NCBI RefSeq assembly: GCF_006345805.1
Contig: NC_043001.1
Span: forward strand, 22,444,001-22,508,000
DNA: 64,000 nucleotides
Origin: Octopus sinensis
Lineage: Eukaryota
Direction: 5' to 3'
Shown here: one piece after another, positions 50,706 to 64,000 of the stretch
Numbering within the stretch: the stretch's first letter is position 1
Layout: each line of letters begins with the position of its first letter
The notes under the pieces: model-generated
Told to the model about the DNA's origin: nothing
The model's input: only the letters and a program-made list of their open reading frames with translations
Database searches by the model: none
Made by a program: the position numbers and the translations under genes

Positions 50706-51850
50706 TGTGTTCATACAACGTAATTCACGAGACTCCAAAACGCCTTGTCAACGACTCCTACCGACCTCTGTCTCAACCAATACTCTACTCTTTATAAGCG
50801 TTTGGCTAGTCTATTCTTCCAATCACCCAGGGTTGTTAATGACACTCGCCACAACATCTCCATATTTGAGATTGACTTCTGTTGGAAGTTAATATTATTA
50901 TTTCTATTTATCTTTTTTCTTTTACCACATCTCCCTTTTTGAGATTTTCCTCCTAGAGAAGTTTTATGTTTCTTCCGTTTAGTCGCTACTTCCACCCGTT
51001 TTGTTTGTTTCCTCTTTCTTGTGCTGCTAAGCCTAGGTTCGATTTCTCGTGGCGTTGGAACATCAAAGGTGTCATAGAACACTTCCATGGGTATCTCTTT
51101 TCATTTTTTTCTGTATGTCTATTTTTTAATTGGTTTAAATGTCTTTTGTGTTCCCATTTTTCGCCTCTCTTTTTTACGCATTCTTTTTGATACTATTCCG
51201 TCTTCCCAACCTTGTCTTCTATTTTTATATATTTTGAAAAACACCTTGTCACTGATATTAATAATATACCTTGTCGTACATTTAGTGTTTTCCCTATTTG
51301 TTTTCCTTACTGGTAACATCTTGTCGAAAATTGACTTTATTTTTCGAGCAAACATTAGTTCCACCAGCGACTTACCTGAAAAAGTGTTTGCGTTTAGTGT
51401 TATCCTATAAACCCTCAAGAACTGTGTCAATGCTGTGTCATTGATTTGCTCGTTTCTTGATTTCTTTAATGCTCTTTTAAATGTATCCACGAACCTTTCC
51501 GCTTGTCCGTTTCATCTTGGGTGATACGGAATAGTGATAAGTTCAATTGAGTACATCTTGCAAAATTTCTTAAATTCATTCTACGTGAATTGTTTACCGT
51601 TATCGGAGACTATGGTATCCAGGATATCATACCTAGAAATTCGGCTGTTACCGTGGATGTCGGTTTTCTAAATTTACACATTTCTGGCCATTTCGTAAAG
51701 CTATCTACCACTATAAGATAATTTGATCAGTTTCACTGTCCTGTGGAGTCTATGTGTAGTTTGAACCATGGAATATCAGTTTTGGGCCTAAGTTGAAATT
51801 TTATAGGTGATGATTTCGTTGCGACTTTATCCTAGAAATTCCTGGATGTC
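50706..51850 (-). mobile_element. Ty3/Gypsy LTR retrotransposon 3' remnant (integrase + 3' LTR)
   Basis: DTIVSDNGKQFT..YHPR*NGQAERFVDTFKRALKK..FLRVYRIT..ELMFARKIKSIFD. PPT AAAAAGGGAGA followed by a TG...CA LTR at about 50929-50706. Confidence 0.85.
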
Positions 51851-52073
51851 CAGTATGGAATTCATTTGGCATTCGACTTTGTAGTGAGGTAGGCATTACA
51901 ACCCTCTGTGCATACATAAGCACATTATTACCTATCGAATACAAATTCGAAACTATTACGTCCAACCACACTTATTGTTTTATTTGTTTCTTTTGATCTC
52001 ACTACTTTTTTCATTTTTATGATAAAACAGTCCGTCTAGTGTTCGGCAAGTCCATTCTTCCAATCCATGTGTG

Positions 52074-52152
<79 letters not shown>

Positions 52153-54629
52153 GTGCGTGTTTTGTTGAGGTGAAAAAACTACTTTTTCTCAGAATATTTT
52201 GCACAATAATTTTTAAAGAAATCTTGACATCTTTCTTACAGCTAACCATTCAACTTCAAATTACGATTGTTAATTGCTGGAATATGTATCTGCATGATCA
52301 CACACGGTTGCCTATATTTATGCATATACAAATTATTTAACGTATGCATACACATACCCAAATACTTAAAAACGCTCGTACATACAATTTTAAATCTGTA
52401 TACATATGGATACATAAAGATTGTGCGCTCCTTTTTGTACATAGCTTATGTACCACCATGGCATATAAAACGAATTTTTAAAAAATGCCTCGTTGACTCT
52501 GTTGATATATGAGAACGCAGTTTCAACGACTGACCAAATGATTTTGAAGTTATGGATGCTGCTGTCCTTCAGCTCCCAAATACACTTAGAGAGATGAGTG
52601 GCATTCCTTCCGTGAGCGTACAGATTAAATCCTATTTCAAAATATTTTTCTTTGTTTCTTTTCTTTTTGTAATATCATGTACATTGAGAAAAAGTCGAAG
52701 ATAGACTGATACAACCGAGCACTGCGGTTACAAACAGGCTGATATTCGAATACGCACATATACATATTAAAAAATATATACATATACGCACACTGCTATA
52801 GATATATATAGACATGTAGGGAGAAACCTTTACATGTAACAGAAAAACATGCTACGACATCGGGTCACGACTGATGCAGAATTATGGTGCTGCTTACAAT
52901 GTTGTGTCCTTTCTTCTTTTTGTTTTTTCATTGTCAAACTCTCTTACCAATCAGTTCTCGCCTTTAAAGCTTCGTAATTTGCCTCTCATTCTGATGAAAA
53001 TAATAGAAAATTCTCTCAAAGTACAACCTATTTCTTTACAAACCTCAGGGGGTTAAACACAGAGAGGACAAACAAGGACAGACAAACGGATTAAGTCGAT
53101 TACATTGACCCCAGTGCATAAATGGTACTTATTTAATCAACCCCGAAAGGATGAAAGGCAAAGTCGACCTCGGTGGAATTTGAACTCAGAACGAAGCAGC
53201 AGACGAGATACCGCTAAGCATTTCGCCTGGCGTGCTAACGATTCTGCCACCTCGCCGCCCTCTGACAAACGGAGTAAGTCGATTATATCGACTGGTACTT
53301 ATTTAATCGACCCCGAAAGGATGAAAGGCAAAGTCGACCTCGGCGGAATTTGAACTCAGAACGTAACGGCAGACGAAATACGTCTTCGCATTTCGCCCGG
53401 CATGCTAACGTTTCTGCCACCTCGCCGCCTTTCTCAAAGTACAACCTACTATCTTAGAAAATGATGCACTGGATAATTTGGTCAAAGGTTCCGCGTAGAA
53501 AGATAAATGACAGGATAGTCGAAGTAAAAGAAAACGATTTCCTTGAGTAACTGAATTGTTATAACTCCAGTTAGACGTTGTGGTAAGATTCAAGCGCTCA
53601 ATAAGTTTCATAGCAATAAATTATATTCGCAATTAGACACAATGGAAATTTTAAATTATAAGAAAAACACTTTTTACAAGCTCTGCCATGTGTGAGGGAG
53701 AGTTGTGAGACGTTGACATGATTCGATGATCAAATGCGGAATTTTAACTATTTTCAAGCAGATATTGCTCTGTATATACATAGGGTTTAAGATATCAGTT
53801 CAAGTGATGATTGGTTACTTAAAGACGTCTCTTGTTTTTGTCTGCGTCTGTTCTAGCGTTCTAGTTTGGTTGACTGTTTGGCGAGGTCATTTGTTTGTCG
53901 TCTGTTCGGGTCACTAGTTATTGTCCAACAGCAGTTTTCCTATTCGTTGATTATCTGTGAACATCATTTCTATATCAAATATCCATATCACTGGTTTTTG
54001 TCCGGCGTTCCAGTTGGATGGCTCCCTTAAGACGTCTCTTGTGTTTTCTTAAGTCATGGTCAGTTGAATCTTTAATAACATAATTTATTTTACTTTTTGT
54101 TCCCCCTAGAGTCCGGTTTTAACTAAAGACATAATCTACTGGGTCACTCCTTGGGTGACATCAGCAAATAATGCGGAAAAGTGTAATTATATAGAGATTT
54201 GAAGTCAGGCTATCGTATTCCAGAGGAATGTCGTTACTTCAGCTGAGTATATTACTAATCCTTGGACTAATCCAGAAACGCACACTGTATTAAATATACG
54301 GTTCATAATATACTTCGGCACACACGAGAGCAGATTCCGAGAGAAGTGAATCATAAATAAATGAATTAATAACAAACGATGGATGGTGTCAATTCACCGC
54401 ACCGCTTTCAACAAACCTTCAAAATGATCAATGGGTATACTATATCACTACAAAATGTCGCCCTCCAGATGAGCACTCGAACCACAATATTAGGAATATT
54501 TAAAAACATTTAATCATTTAAAAATGCATGGCAAGTGCATATTTAGTGATTCCACGACCTTCATTATTCCCAATACTATGGCTTGTGCATCCATCGCACG
54601 AAAACGGCTTTCTATGACACCATGTACAC

Positions 54630-54694
<65 letters not shown>

Positions 54695-54989
54695 TGTATG
54701 TATGTGTGTGTGTGAGTGTGCGTGTGTGTGAGTGTGCGTGTGTGTGTGTTTGTTCCCCCAACATCGCTTGACAACCGATGCTGGTGTGTTTACGTCTCCG
54801 TAACTTAGCGGTTCGACAAAAGAGACCGATAGAATAAGTACTAGGCTTACAAAGAATAAGTCCTGGGGTCGATTTGCTCGAACGACTAAAGGCGGTGCTC
54901 CAGCATGGCCACAGTCAAATGACTGAAATAAGTAAAAGAGTAAAGAGAGAGCGAGAGAGTACTAGTATTTCTTTTTAAAGACTGTCTTT

Positions 54990-56250
54990 TTTTTCTTATT
55001 TTCGAGTGTCTTTTTCATTCGTGGGTCGTTCATCAAAATGGAATATTCTGATGAATGATGTTTTATTCTGTATTTCTTGGATTGGATTGTATGTTGGTAT
55101 AGAAGATAGAGTATCGGGTATATCAGGCGTGTTTCTTGCTTTTCCTAATTCTTGGGTGTTTATCGTTTTACACGTTTTATTGATCAAGGTGATTCGGTAT
55201 TGTCTTTCGAGTAATATATTTGCAAGTTCTGTAAATTGTGTCTTCAAGATTGGATACAATTGAGCAGATTTTTCTTGCTTGGTTGAAAAGTATATTTATT
55301 TTCGTATGTTTTGAATGGCTGGAAGAAAATAAGATATTATTTTGAGCATCTTTGTTTGATGTAGATGTAAGCTTCAACGTTCGTATCTCTTTTTAAGTTA
55401 TCCCAAAAGGATGGTTGTTTTTGACTATATTCCTTTCTGATTTGGATACTGTAGTTTATGTTAGTAATTAGAGATTTAAAATCATAGAGTGGATCATTAC
55501 TCTGTGTATACAAGATAAAACAATAATCAAGGTAGCATTTCCAGTTGATAGATGGTTATTTATGTAAGTTATCGTTGAGCTTTAAGCCAAAGTGTTCGTA
55601 TATTTGGTCTTCTGAGTATGCCCTAATGAGATTACCATACGTGGGGGTTACTTTTGTGCCCACAAGAATCCCAGATATCTGTCTGTAGATGTTGAAATTG
55701 AAAAAATTATTTCGTAGGATGAACTTTAATAGTTCTTTAATTCGTTCAGATAGCCCTTTAGAAAATTGTTCAGCCGGAATTTTATAGCTTCTATTCTGTA
55801 TTCTTGTAGAATCATGGTATAGAAATTTGCTACCTCAAGTGAGATAAATAGAATATCTGTGTTAGTTTTATTCGGAAAATAATTTAGAATGTCTAAGTAA
55901 TCTCTTATGAAGCTCGGTAGGGATTTAAGAATAGGTTTTAGGAGTGTATCAATAAAGTTACTTAATATGTGTTTCACAAGACGGGCTTGCTCTGTTGGTT
56001 ATCTCTGAAGTCGTCATTACAGATCTTATTTCAAGTTCTACATTTGAAGACATTATTTACAGTTAACATAGATCAATTTGGCAGTTATTTGGATGTGTTA
56101 TTTCTTCATTGGTCGGTTTTCTGCATATCGTATTTCAGATCCTGCTTTCGTTTTCTTTGAATTGCTTATCCGTTCATCGTTTTCCATTGTGTGTTTTCCC
56201 TTGCGTATTTGTATCCTGTTTTACTGATTTATGACTTGCTTTAAGAGAAT
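54990..56250 (-). mobile_element. Penelope-like RT remnant
   Basis: SNFIDTLLKPILKSLPSFIRDYLDIL..LEVANFYT, and SSHSKHTKINILFNQARKICSIVS; degenerate. Confidence 0.8.
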
Positions 56251-57684
56251 TTCTTTGTTTATAACTCATCTATTAGTTGGTTCAGTAGGCATCATATAAC
56301 TGCCTGTTGATTACATAATTTATATAGGTGCAGGAGTGGCTGTGTGGTAAGTAGCTTGCTTACCAACCACATGGTTCCGGGTTCATTCCCACTGCATGGC
56401 ACCTTGGGCAAGTGTCTTCTACTATAGCCTCGTATGTATGTGTGTGTATATGTTTGTGTGTCTGTGTTTGTCCCCCCAACATCGCTTGACAACCGATGCT
56501 GGTGTGTTTACATCCCCGTAACTTAGTGGTTCGGCAAAAGAGATCGATAGAATAGGTACTAGGCTTACAAAGAATAAGTCCTGCTCCACTAAAGGCAGTC
56601 AAATGGCTGAAACAAGTAAAAGAGAGAGTAAAAGAGTGTTTTGTTAACGTTGTCTCTTTTATAAATTGCTTTGCATCCTGATTCACTAATGGTGATTTTT
56701 GTATATTCGGTTGTTATTTTGTATTTTCGTTGTTCTGCCTGTCATTATGTGAAATTCTTAGGTATTTTCTATTTGTTGCTGCTTCGCTGAGTGTGCATTT
56801 AATATATTCGTTGGAGTTTTGTTTTTTCGTCGGTTACCTTCGCTCTTGTTGATCCGTATGCCATTTTCAGATCCTGTACCTGGTTTTCTAAAGTCGTTTC
56901 CGATTAGTCAGTTCAAAAGTCGGTCTCTCACTGTTAGTCTGTCGTGCGAAGGCGCGTGGTTTAGTGGTTAGGGCATTCGGCTCACGATCTTGCGATCGTG
57001 ATTTCGATTCCTGGCAGCGCGTTGTGTTCTTGAACAAGACATTTTATTTCACGTTGTTCCAGTCCATTCAGCTGGCAAAAATGAGTTGTACCTGTAATTC
57101 AATGGTACACTCTATGTCACACTGAATCTCCCTCAGAAGTACGTTAAGAGTACGCGTGTTTGTGGACCGCTCAGCCACTTGCAACAGAATAGCCACAAGC
57201 AGGCTCGGACCAACTACCCTCGTCGTCGTAACCGACGGAGTGCCAGTTACTAGTCTGTTGTTTATTCGCGCTCCCTTTTCCCCAGATGTGTGCTATTTCG
57301 CTAGTATTGTTTATTGGTTTGTCACTTATTTCTTGGTTAGTAGTTTTATTCGTGTAGTACTGATTTCTCATGTGATTTCGGGCCATATTCCATCTGGAAT
57401 GATTTGAGATTGTACGAAAGAAATAAAATGTTTATCGGTATTTCGAAGAAAATTGTTTAAGATTCCAGAAGCATTTATTTGAAGAAAATATTACATTTGC
57501 TCAGCTTTGGTTTTTGTCAAAAATTCTAATGTCAAGTGTGCTGTTCTTTCTCTTTTCGTGATATTTTAAAAGGAAACTGCGACACCAGTGATCTTTATAA
57601 CGTTAGCTACTTATCTTTCTATTTCTATTATCATAGGAGTTATAGAACTAGATACCGTTTTCCATCATCATTTGAAGATTTTTT

Positions 57685-58096
57685 GGATCTTTTCTGTTTG
57701 AACGGCAGTTTTTTAAAAATAATTTCCACGTAACTAAACACTTTTAAACTTCGTATACTGGTAGAATGTGTTTATAAAACATCTTTTTCTCTTGGCTTTA
57801 TTGAGAAAATTCTAGAGTTTGCAAGATATTTGTTGTTTTTTTCTTCAATTTCTGAAATTTCAACCAATCAATGACGTCTATTGAGGTAAAAAAACATTCT
57901 GTGTCGTATGAATATGTCCCCCGTTTAAGAAACAGATTGGGTTTATTTACATTTGTGAAGAAAAAAGATACCCTTCCCCCCACCCCTAACCCTAAAAGAG
58001 ATTGAAATGCAATAGATCGATACTAGGGTCATAATTATGGGCGACAATTTCATATGACACCGCTAGAAAAAGCTGCCGTTCAAACCGAAAAGATCC
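57685..58096. mobile_element. MITE with GG..CC ends, about 29-bp TIR, 8-bp TSD and internal (TAACCC)2
   Basis: GGATCTTTTCTGTTTGAACGGCAG / CTGCCGTTCAAACCGAAAAGATCC; TSD GATTTTTT on both sides; truncated relative at about 48643-48830. Confidence 0.8.
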
Positions 58097-58165
58097 GATT
58101 TTTTTTTAATGAAATTATTCACAATAAGCTTTTGATTAGGCAATCATTTAATCATGTCGGGTACC

Positions 58166-59456
58166 TGTAGTTTGAAGGCACGTAAATAAAGTTGTTCTTA
58201 CCTCGATTTGCAATCGGGTACTACCGGCAGATTGTTCAGTTCTCAACACGTGTTAGCACGACCTCTCTATCGCCACGTCTCGCCTCTGTCGCAGATAGCA
58301 TAAAAAAGAGGGTAATTTTTCTTTTCATTCGTTATGTGACGGCATCTCTCCCCCTTCTGGTCTTCCTTCCACCACACCTTCCTTGATCCAAAGATCACTG
58401 CTCCCTGTTCTATCTCGTAATCATCTATCCACCTGGATGAGTGGGGGACGTTCCCTTAGAGATTTCCGTAGGGTCACGGGGCCGCCTTCCCCTTCCCCTT
58501 CGGCATCAGAAGAGGTAACCACCATTCGAATATCCAGGACGTGACGCGGCATTCCATCCACTGATACATTATTCAAAGTACTGATCGCGGTCACCTTTCC
58601 TTTCACCCACTGCGTTGTGCACCGAGCTCTCGGGGGCTTCACCCACACTTCATCTCCAACCTACACAAATGTAATCCCTTCTGCCTCTACCTTCTGCGGC
58701 ACCACGCTGGGGTGTCTCCAAGTGTACCTGAATATGGCCCTGTGCGGGACTGACTTTTCGGCTAGCCCTACCTGGGCGGCATGTTGTACCAGAAGACTGC
58801 CTCCATAGGAGAGATTTATCTCCTCTCGGCCATGGCTTTAATCGAATGGTGATGCCGTTCTGCAATCCCGTTTCCACCTGGCCTGTATGCAGCTCTGAAG
58901 AAGCGTCTTGTGATCCACCTTCCGAGCATCTATCTCAACTGCTCTGAGAGCTGTTATTCATCAATAGCTCGTCTACTGGCCTCCTTTCTAAGAACACCGC
59001 ATTCAGCACTTCTGCACTTCGGCAGGAGTCTCCACCCTTATTTCTCTCCATACAGCCATTCGCCCCAGTCCACAGTTGACCATAGAAAGATACACCTTTC
59101 CTCGATAGTGCGTCACGTCAATGGTTAGCCTCTTACAGTCTTCCACTACCTGAATCTCTCCCGATTCATGTGTGCTCGGGGTAGGATGGATCGATTGGCC
59201 CCTGTTACAATTCCCCACGATCCTCCGAATGCTCTCTCTGGTGACATCGGGGTCGGCCGTCCTAGCAAAAAACAACGTCCTGTCGGCCGCCATGCAGTGC
59301 ATGTTGTGTAGCCTCCTTAGTTCTGGGCCCTCCAGCCGACAAACCGTTACGAACCCACTCAGAACATCCTCTACTGTTTCCAACCAATACCTTTTCACTC
59401 TGGTTAGAACACCTGCCTTACTCTTTTCCGAAGGCACGAATACCACATGCAGCTCC
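58166..59456 (-). mobile_element. Gypsy-like LTR retrotransposon 3' remnant (RNase H end, integrase, 3' LTR)
   Basis: VFVPSEKSKAGVLTRV, HNMH..CNRGQS zinc-finger remnant, LTIDVTHYRGKVYLSMVNCG. PPT AGAAGGGGGAGAGA followed by TG at 58344. Confidence 0.8.
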
Positions 59457-60290
59457 ATGTATGTATATGCAGAGTTGTATGCTTTATGTATGTATTCTCG
59501 TGCATGTAGTTGCATATCTAGACATGCTCATATATATTTAAATGATAAACTTCTGGGAAGTTTTACAGATTTTACAGTTCCAGTGATGGATTGGATCTGT
59601 AGTCTTCGAATTAGCTTTTTTCTTTCTAATAATGAAAAGCCTAATTTCTCAAGATTGGTATTTAGGCAGTGTGTTACATATCTCAGGGCCCCAATAATTA
59701 CAGGTATAAACCTGAACTTGTAATCTGGATAGATTAACTGCAGATTTCTCAATAGTTCAGCATAAGTGTTCTCTTTTTCACTGATCTTCAGCTTTATGTT
59801 GACATTCGCTGGGCAACTAATTTCCACAACTGTGCACAGTTTCTCTTCTCTATCCCAAATCATTATATCAGGTCTGTTGTGCTTACATTTTATTGAGGTC
59901 TTCACTGGTACGTTCCACCAGTATTCCTTATCGTTATGAGTGGCTATGGCTTCTACCATATTGTGGGTTTTTATTTTTTGTCCTTGGGTTTATCCTTCCG
60001 ACGGATTTCATTATAGAGTATCCAAGCCACAACGTCATGTCTCATCGGTAGATAATACCGTGATGACCTTTTCGGATAACTGTTTATGATGTGGGCGATA
60101 TCTTCAGTGTGAACTCTACAAAGTCTGCATCGGTTGTCACACTTTGTGGCTTTACCTGCATCTCTATCCCTTTTGCGCATCAGGTACTTGGTTGATATTT
60201 CCTGTTCCTGGATTGCAAACGTATACCCTTCAAAGTGGGAGGTAGTAATCCGGCTATTGGTCCATGATAAAAGGTAATAATCCGTATGTA
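59457..60290 (-). mobile_element. R4/Dong-like non-LTR retrotransposon 3' fragment with restriction-like endonuclease
   Basis: CRLCRVHTEDIAHIINSYP..RHDVVA (CCHC remnant), then WWNVPVKT..HNRPDIMIWDREEKLCTVVEISCP..EKENTY..IPVIIGAL (PD-(D/E)xK RLE). Confidence 0.85.
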
Positions 60291-60568
60291 TGTATGTATG
60301 CATGCATGCAGGTCTGTGTGCGTGTGTGTGTATCCATGAATGTATGTATGCGTGTAAGTATGTGTTTACTCGCGACTGTCTCCGTATCGTTTTTACGTTG
60401 AAATCATTTGAAAAATCGAGGCTCTGTGCTTATGTCCTGTAACGATCAACCATTAGGAATCGATAAGTATCAGATGCAAAAATAGGTCTTGAGGGTCGAT
60501 ACAACCGACAAAAACTGTTCAAGGCTGTGCTCCAGTATGGCTGCAGTCCCATGACCGAAACAGTGTTC

Positions 60569-60654
<86 letters not shown>

Positions 60655-61151
60655 ACGCACGCGCGCGTGCCCACGCACATACAAAACCTGTTCATTACTA
60701 CTCTAATGCAACACCACGGATAAGTACAGTTATTTTTAACAACCGGTTACTTTACTGGGATTAAATGAAATATTGTCTCGTTAGTTAACAATTAATTGTA
60801 CGGCACACAAAATATTTCATTAAGGAAAATAAAAAGCAAACAGCATCCAAGTAATTTTCTTTCCTTCAAACAACGGCGTCGTTAATGCAATCATGCCATT
60901 AAGTCGTCAAATGACCCTTAAAATCAATATCTATAATCTTAGTATGAAAGAGAAATTGTTTAAAAAACTAAATAGATTTTCTTAAAACAAGCACAAAAAT
61001 TGCTGATAACAAAGAGCTTATTTACACATGAAATTCTTCATAAAAAACTAATCAATACTATTAAAAATAACTTACAAAAATAGGTAGCTACTGACAACGA
61101 ATTAAAGTGAAAGGTACTATAACGGTGCGTGACCCGTCTTTTCGTCTGATA

Positions 61152-62442
61152 CGAGGGGCGTTCAATAAGTAATGCCTCTGACCCACTTGCATTTGTTTGA
61201 TATAGCTGAAATTTTGCGTGTGCAATTATTTATATCTCTATAGAGTAGGTAGCAAATTACAGCTCTGAACTAATTGGGGTTTCTGATTTATAGGTGTTTG
61301 AACTGAGTCAAGTGTGAAATGGAGCCTGTTGAGTGTCGAGTAGTGATCCGGTTTTTGTATTTGAAAGGACGCACACCACGGAAGACTTTTGATGAAATGA
61401 AAGTAACTCGTGGTAATGATTCCCCATCATATGACCTTGTAAAACGCTGGCATCGTGAATTCAAACATGGTCGGAACTCGGTGGAAACAGCTCCCAGATC
61501 TGGTCGCCCCGCTTCTGCAATTGATGAGGCATCTGTCCGTCAAGTTGAGGCTGCCATTTTGGAAGATCGACGCATAACTATTCGCCAAATAGCCCACGAG
61601 GTCAAGATTAGTACCGGGTCTGTGGAAACTATCATTCATGACCATTTGCATATGCAAAAGGTGTCTGCCAGATGGATTCCCAGGTTGCTCACACCTTTCC
61701 AGAAGCAAGAACGCGTCGAATGCTCGAGGATGAATTTGGAGATGTGCTAAGAAGATGAGTCAAAATTTTTCAAAAGACTGATTACACAGGATGAAGCCTG
61801 GGTCCATCACTATGATCCAGAGACCAAAGCCCAGTCAATGCAGTGGAAGCACCGTGACTCACCTCCTCCAAAGAAGGCAAAGGTGCAGCCCTATGCTGGC
61901 ATGGTCATGCTCACAGTCTTCTGGGACCAGGACGGAGTAGTGATAACAGATTTCCTGGCAAAGAGTACCACGATTACAGGAGCCTATTATGCTTCACTTT
62001 TGAGGAAATTAAGAGAAGCTATCAAAATCAAGAGGCGGGGCAAGATCAGCAAAGACATCCTCCTCCTGCAGGACAACGCTCCGGTCCACAACTCGCTTGT
62101 CGCCAGATCAGAAGCACAGGCGTGCGGCTATGAACTCCTCCCCCACCCCCTACTCTCCTGACCTTGCACCCTCTGATTTTCACCTCTTCCCAGCCATGAA
62201 GTTGTTTTTGAAAGGAAAGCGTTTCCCAAATGATGCAGCCTTGATTTCTGAAGTCACGTCGTGGTTGGCGGACCAAGCTGGGGTCTTCTACAAAAACGGT
62301 CTCCAGAGCAGCATGAAACGATGGGAGAAATGCGTAACTCTGGGTGGTTCCTATGTAGAGAAAGACTAATAACTGTGCAAAGTTTCGTTGCTCTACTGCT
62401 ATGGGAAGTGGGTCAGGGGCATTACTTATTGAACGTCCCTCG
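61152..62442 (+). mobile_element. mariner DD34D transposon, copy 2
   Basis: Same TIRs and TA TSD as copy 1. ATG 61319, premature TAA at 61748-50, frameshift at HPPYSPDLAP, natural stop at 62367-69. Confidence 0.95.
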
Positions 62443-62518
62443 TACCACTTTGACTAACATCACTTTGTCCACGTCTTTTTGTCCGATATTTTTTTTTGTT
62501 CAATGACTTTTTGTCCAA

Positions 62519-62895
62519 TCTATATATATAAAGCTGAAGTTGTCTGTGTATGGCAGGTTTGGTAGCCTTCAACTAACACTATCTCCTCTGAGACCCTGCG
62601 GCGCAAGTTGACCAAAATTGATAGTATGAAAGAAGAAAGCTTGCTCTCTTCAAATCGGACCATGTTAACACCAAAAATTATTTCAATCAAAAGGTGCTTT
62701 TTTTCTATGAAAATCCCTATTTTTTTACGATTTTTTGACTGCTATGTCGCCATTTTATGGTGTATTTCAACCTGAAAAACGTTCACTTAAAGAAATTAAC
62801 AAGCTACATAATGCAAAATTTTTACTTTTCAAAAATTCCAATTCTAAAGGGTCGTAAAGAAAACAAGCCCGAGCAACGCCGGGTTATACTGCTAG
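62519..62895 (+). mobile_element. Non-autonomous Helitron
   Basis: A|TCTATATATATAAAG start, CCCGAGCAACGCCGGG hairpin, CTAG|T end. Confidence 0.8.
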
Positions 62896-63360
62896 TTTTA
62901 AATAAATTCTTTAGAAAACAAGGTGAACATCAAAATCAAATAATCATTGAGAATTTTATTGATAGGATTTGTCGTTGGACATAAAATTCATCGGACAAAA
63001 AGACGTCGTGCGAAAAGATGTGGACGAAAAGACGTTAGACGAAGTGACGTCGGACGAAAAGGCATAGCACCATAACGGTGTTGGAAATATGTGAAGCTGT
63101 TAATAATGTAGACTAAATTAGAAGAAATTTCAGAAGTTCTTCCATTTACTACGCAGATGTTAGACGATCTAAAAATACATCGTTTTAGTAGTGGAGGCGC
63201 GTGGCTTAGTGGTTAGGGTGTTAGCACCATGATCGTAAGATTGTGGTTTCAATTCCTGGACCGGGCGACGCATTGTGTTCTTGAGCAAAACACTTCATTT
63301 CACGTTGCTCCAGTTCACTCAGCAGGCAAAAATGAGTATATTATATGGACTTAACATTTA

Positions 63361-63751
63361 GTGGAGGCGCAATGGCCCAGTGGTTAGGGCAGCGGACTCG
63401 CGGTCATAGGATCGTGGTTTCGATTCCCAGACCGGGCGTTGTGAGTGTTTATTGAGCGAAAACACCTAAAAGCTCCACGAGGCTCCGGCAGGGGGTGGTG
63501 GTGATCCCTGCTGTACTCTTTCACCACAACTTTCTCTCACTCTCACTCTTACTTCCTGTTTCTGTTGTACCTGTATTTCAAAGGGCCGGCCTTGTCACTC
63601 TCTGTGTCACGTTGAATATCCCCGAGAACTACGTTAAGGGTGCACGTGCCTGTGGAGTGCTCAGCCACTTACACGTTAATTTCACGAGCAGGCTGTTCCG
63701 TTGATTCGGATCAACCGGAACCCTCATCGTCGTAACCGACGGAGTGCTTCC
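63361..63751 (+). mobile_element. Full-length SINE family S2
   Basis: Near-identical to 49289-49671. Confidence 0.85.
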
Positions 63752-64000
63752 ACATCGTTTTAGTTCATAATGTTGATTAAAAGCAATAAGACTACGTATG
63801 AGCGACTTCTTGACGAACTATCTAATACCAACAATATGCAATATATTGGGGTCTCCATATATATGTAACTCAAAATATAAACAATAACAAACCATAGAAT
63901 AAGGCGTAAGAGTGGCTGTGTGGTAAGTAGCTTGCTTAGGAACCACAAGGTTCCGGGTTCAGTCCCACTGCGTGGCACCTTGGGCAAGTGTCTTCTACTA

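Noticed and set aside
59172-59723. 183-aa plus-strand ORF
   Set aside because: Antisense shadow of the Gypsy and RLE coding fragments.
10300-64000. Most remaining 60-120 aa ORFs in the track (YIYI, CVCV, ERER, HTHT-rich)
   Set aside because: Translations of microsatellites and SINEs.

Overview
AT-rich, repeat-dense animal DNA. The SINE and microsatellite landscape looks like an octopus or other coleoid cephalopod (inference from recalled repeat families, not a database hit). Two convergent protein-coding genes are well supported: the last two exons of RPL27A (+; 7379-7556, 8584-8712) and a complete 7-exon NF-YA CDS (-; 25111 to 14017, about 408 aa). The first 7 kb, upstream of the RPL27A exons and probably intronic, holds a tandemly amplified family of about 130-nt H/ACA-box snoRNA-like units: 6 full copies plus partial or degenerate ones. 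The array is interrupted by a piggyBac fossil and MITEs. From 26 to 64 kb there is no recognisable host gene apart from a candidate CCAAT-rich promoter near 39.4-39.8 kb. That region contains two mariner copies, Gypsy, RTE, CR1, Penelope-like and R4/Dong-like (RLE) fragments, a hAT transposase relic, Helitrons, MITEs, many SINEs, a 5'-truncated tRNA-Gln and two hammerhead-ribozyme-like motifs. Coordinates were counted by hand; repeat boundaries are approximate.
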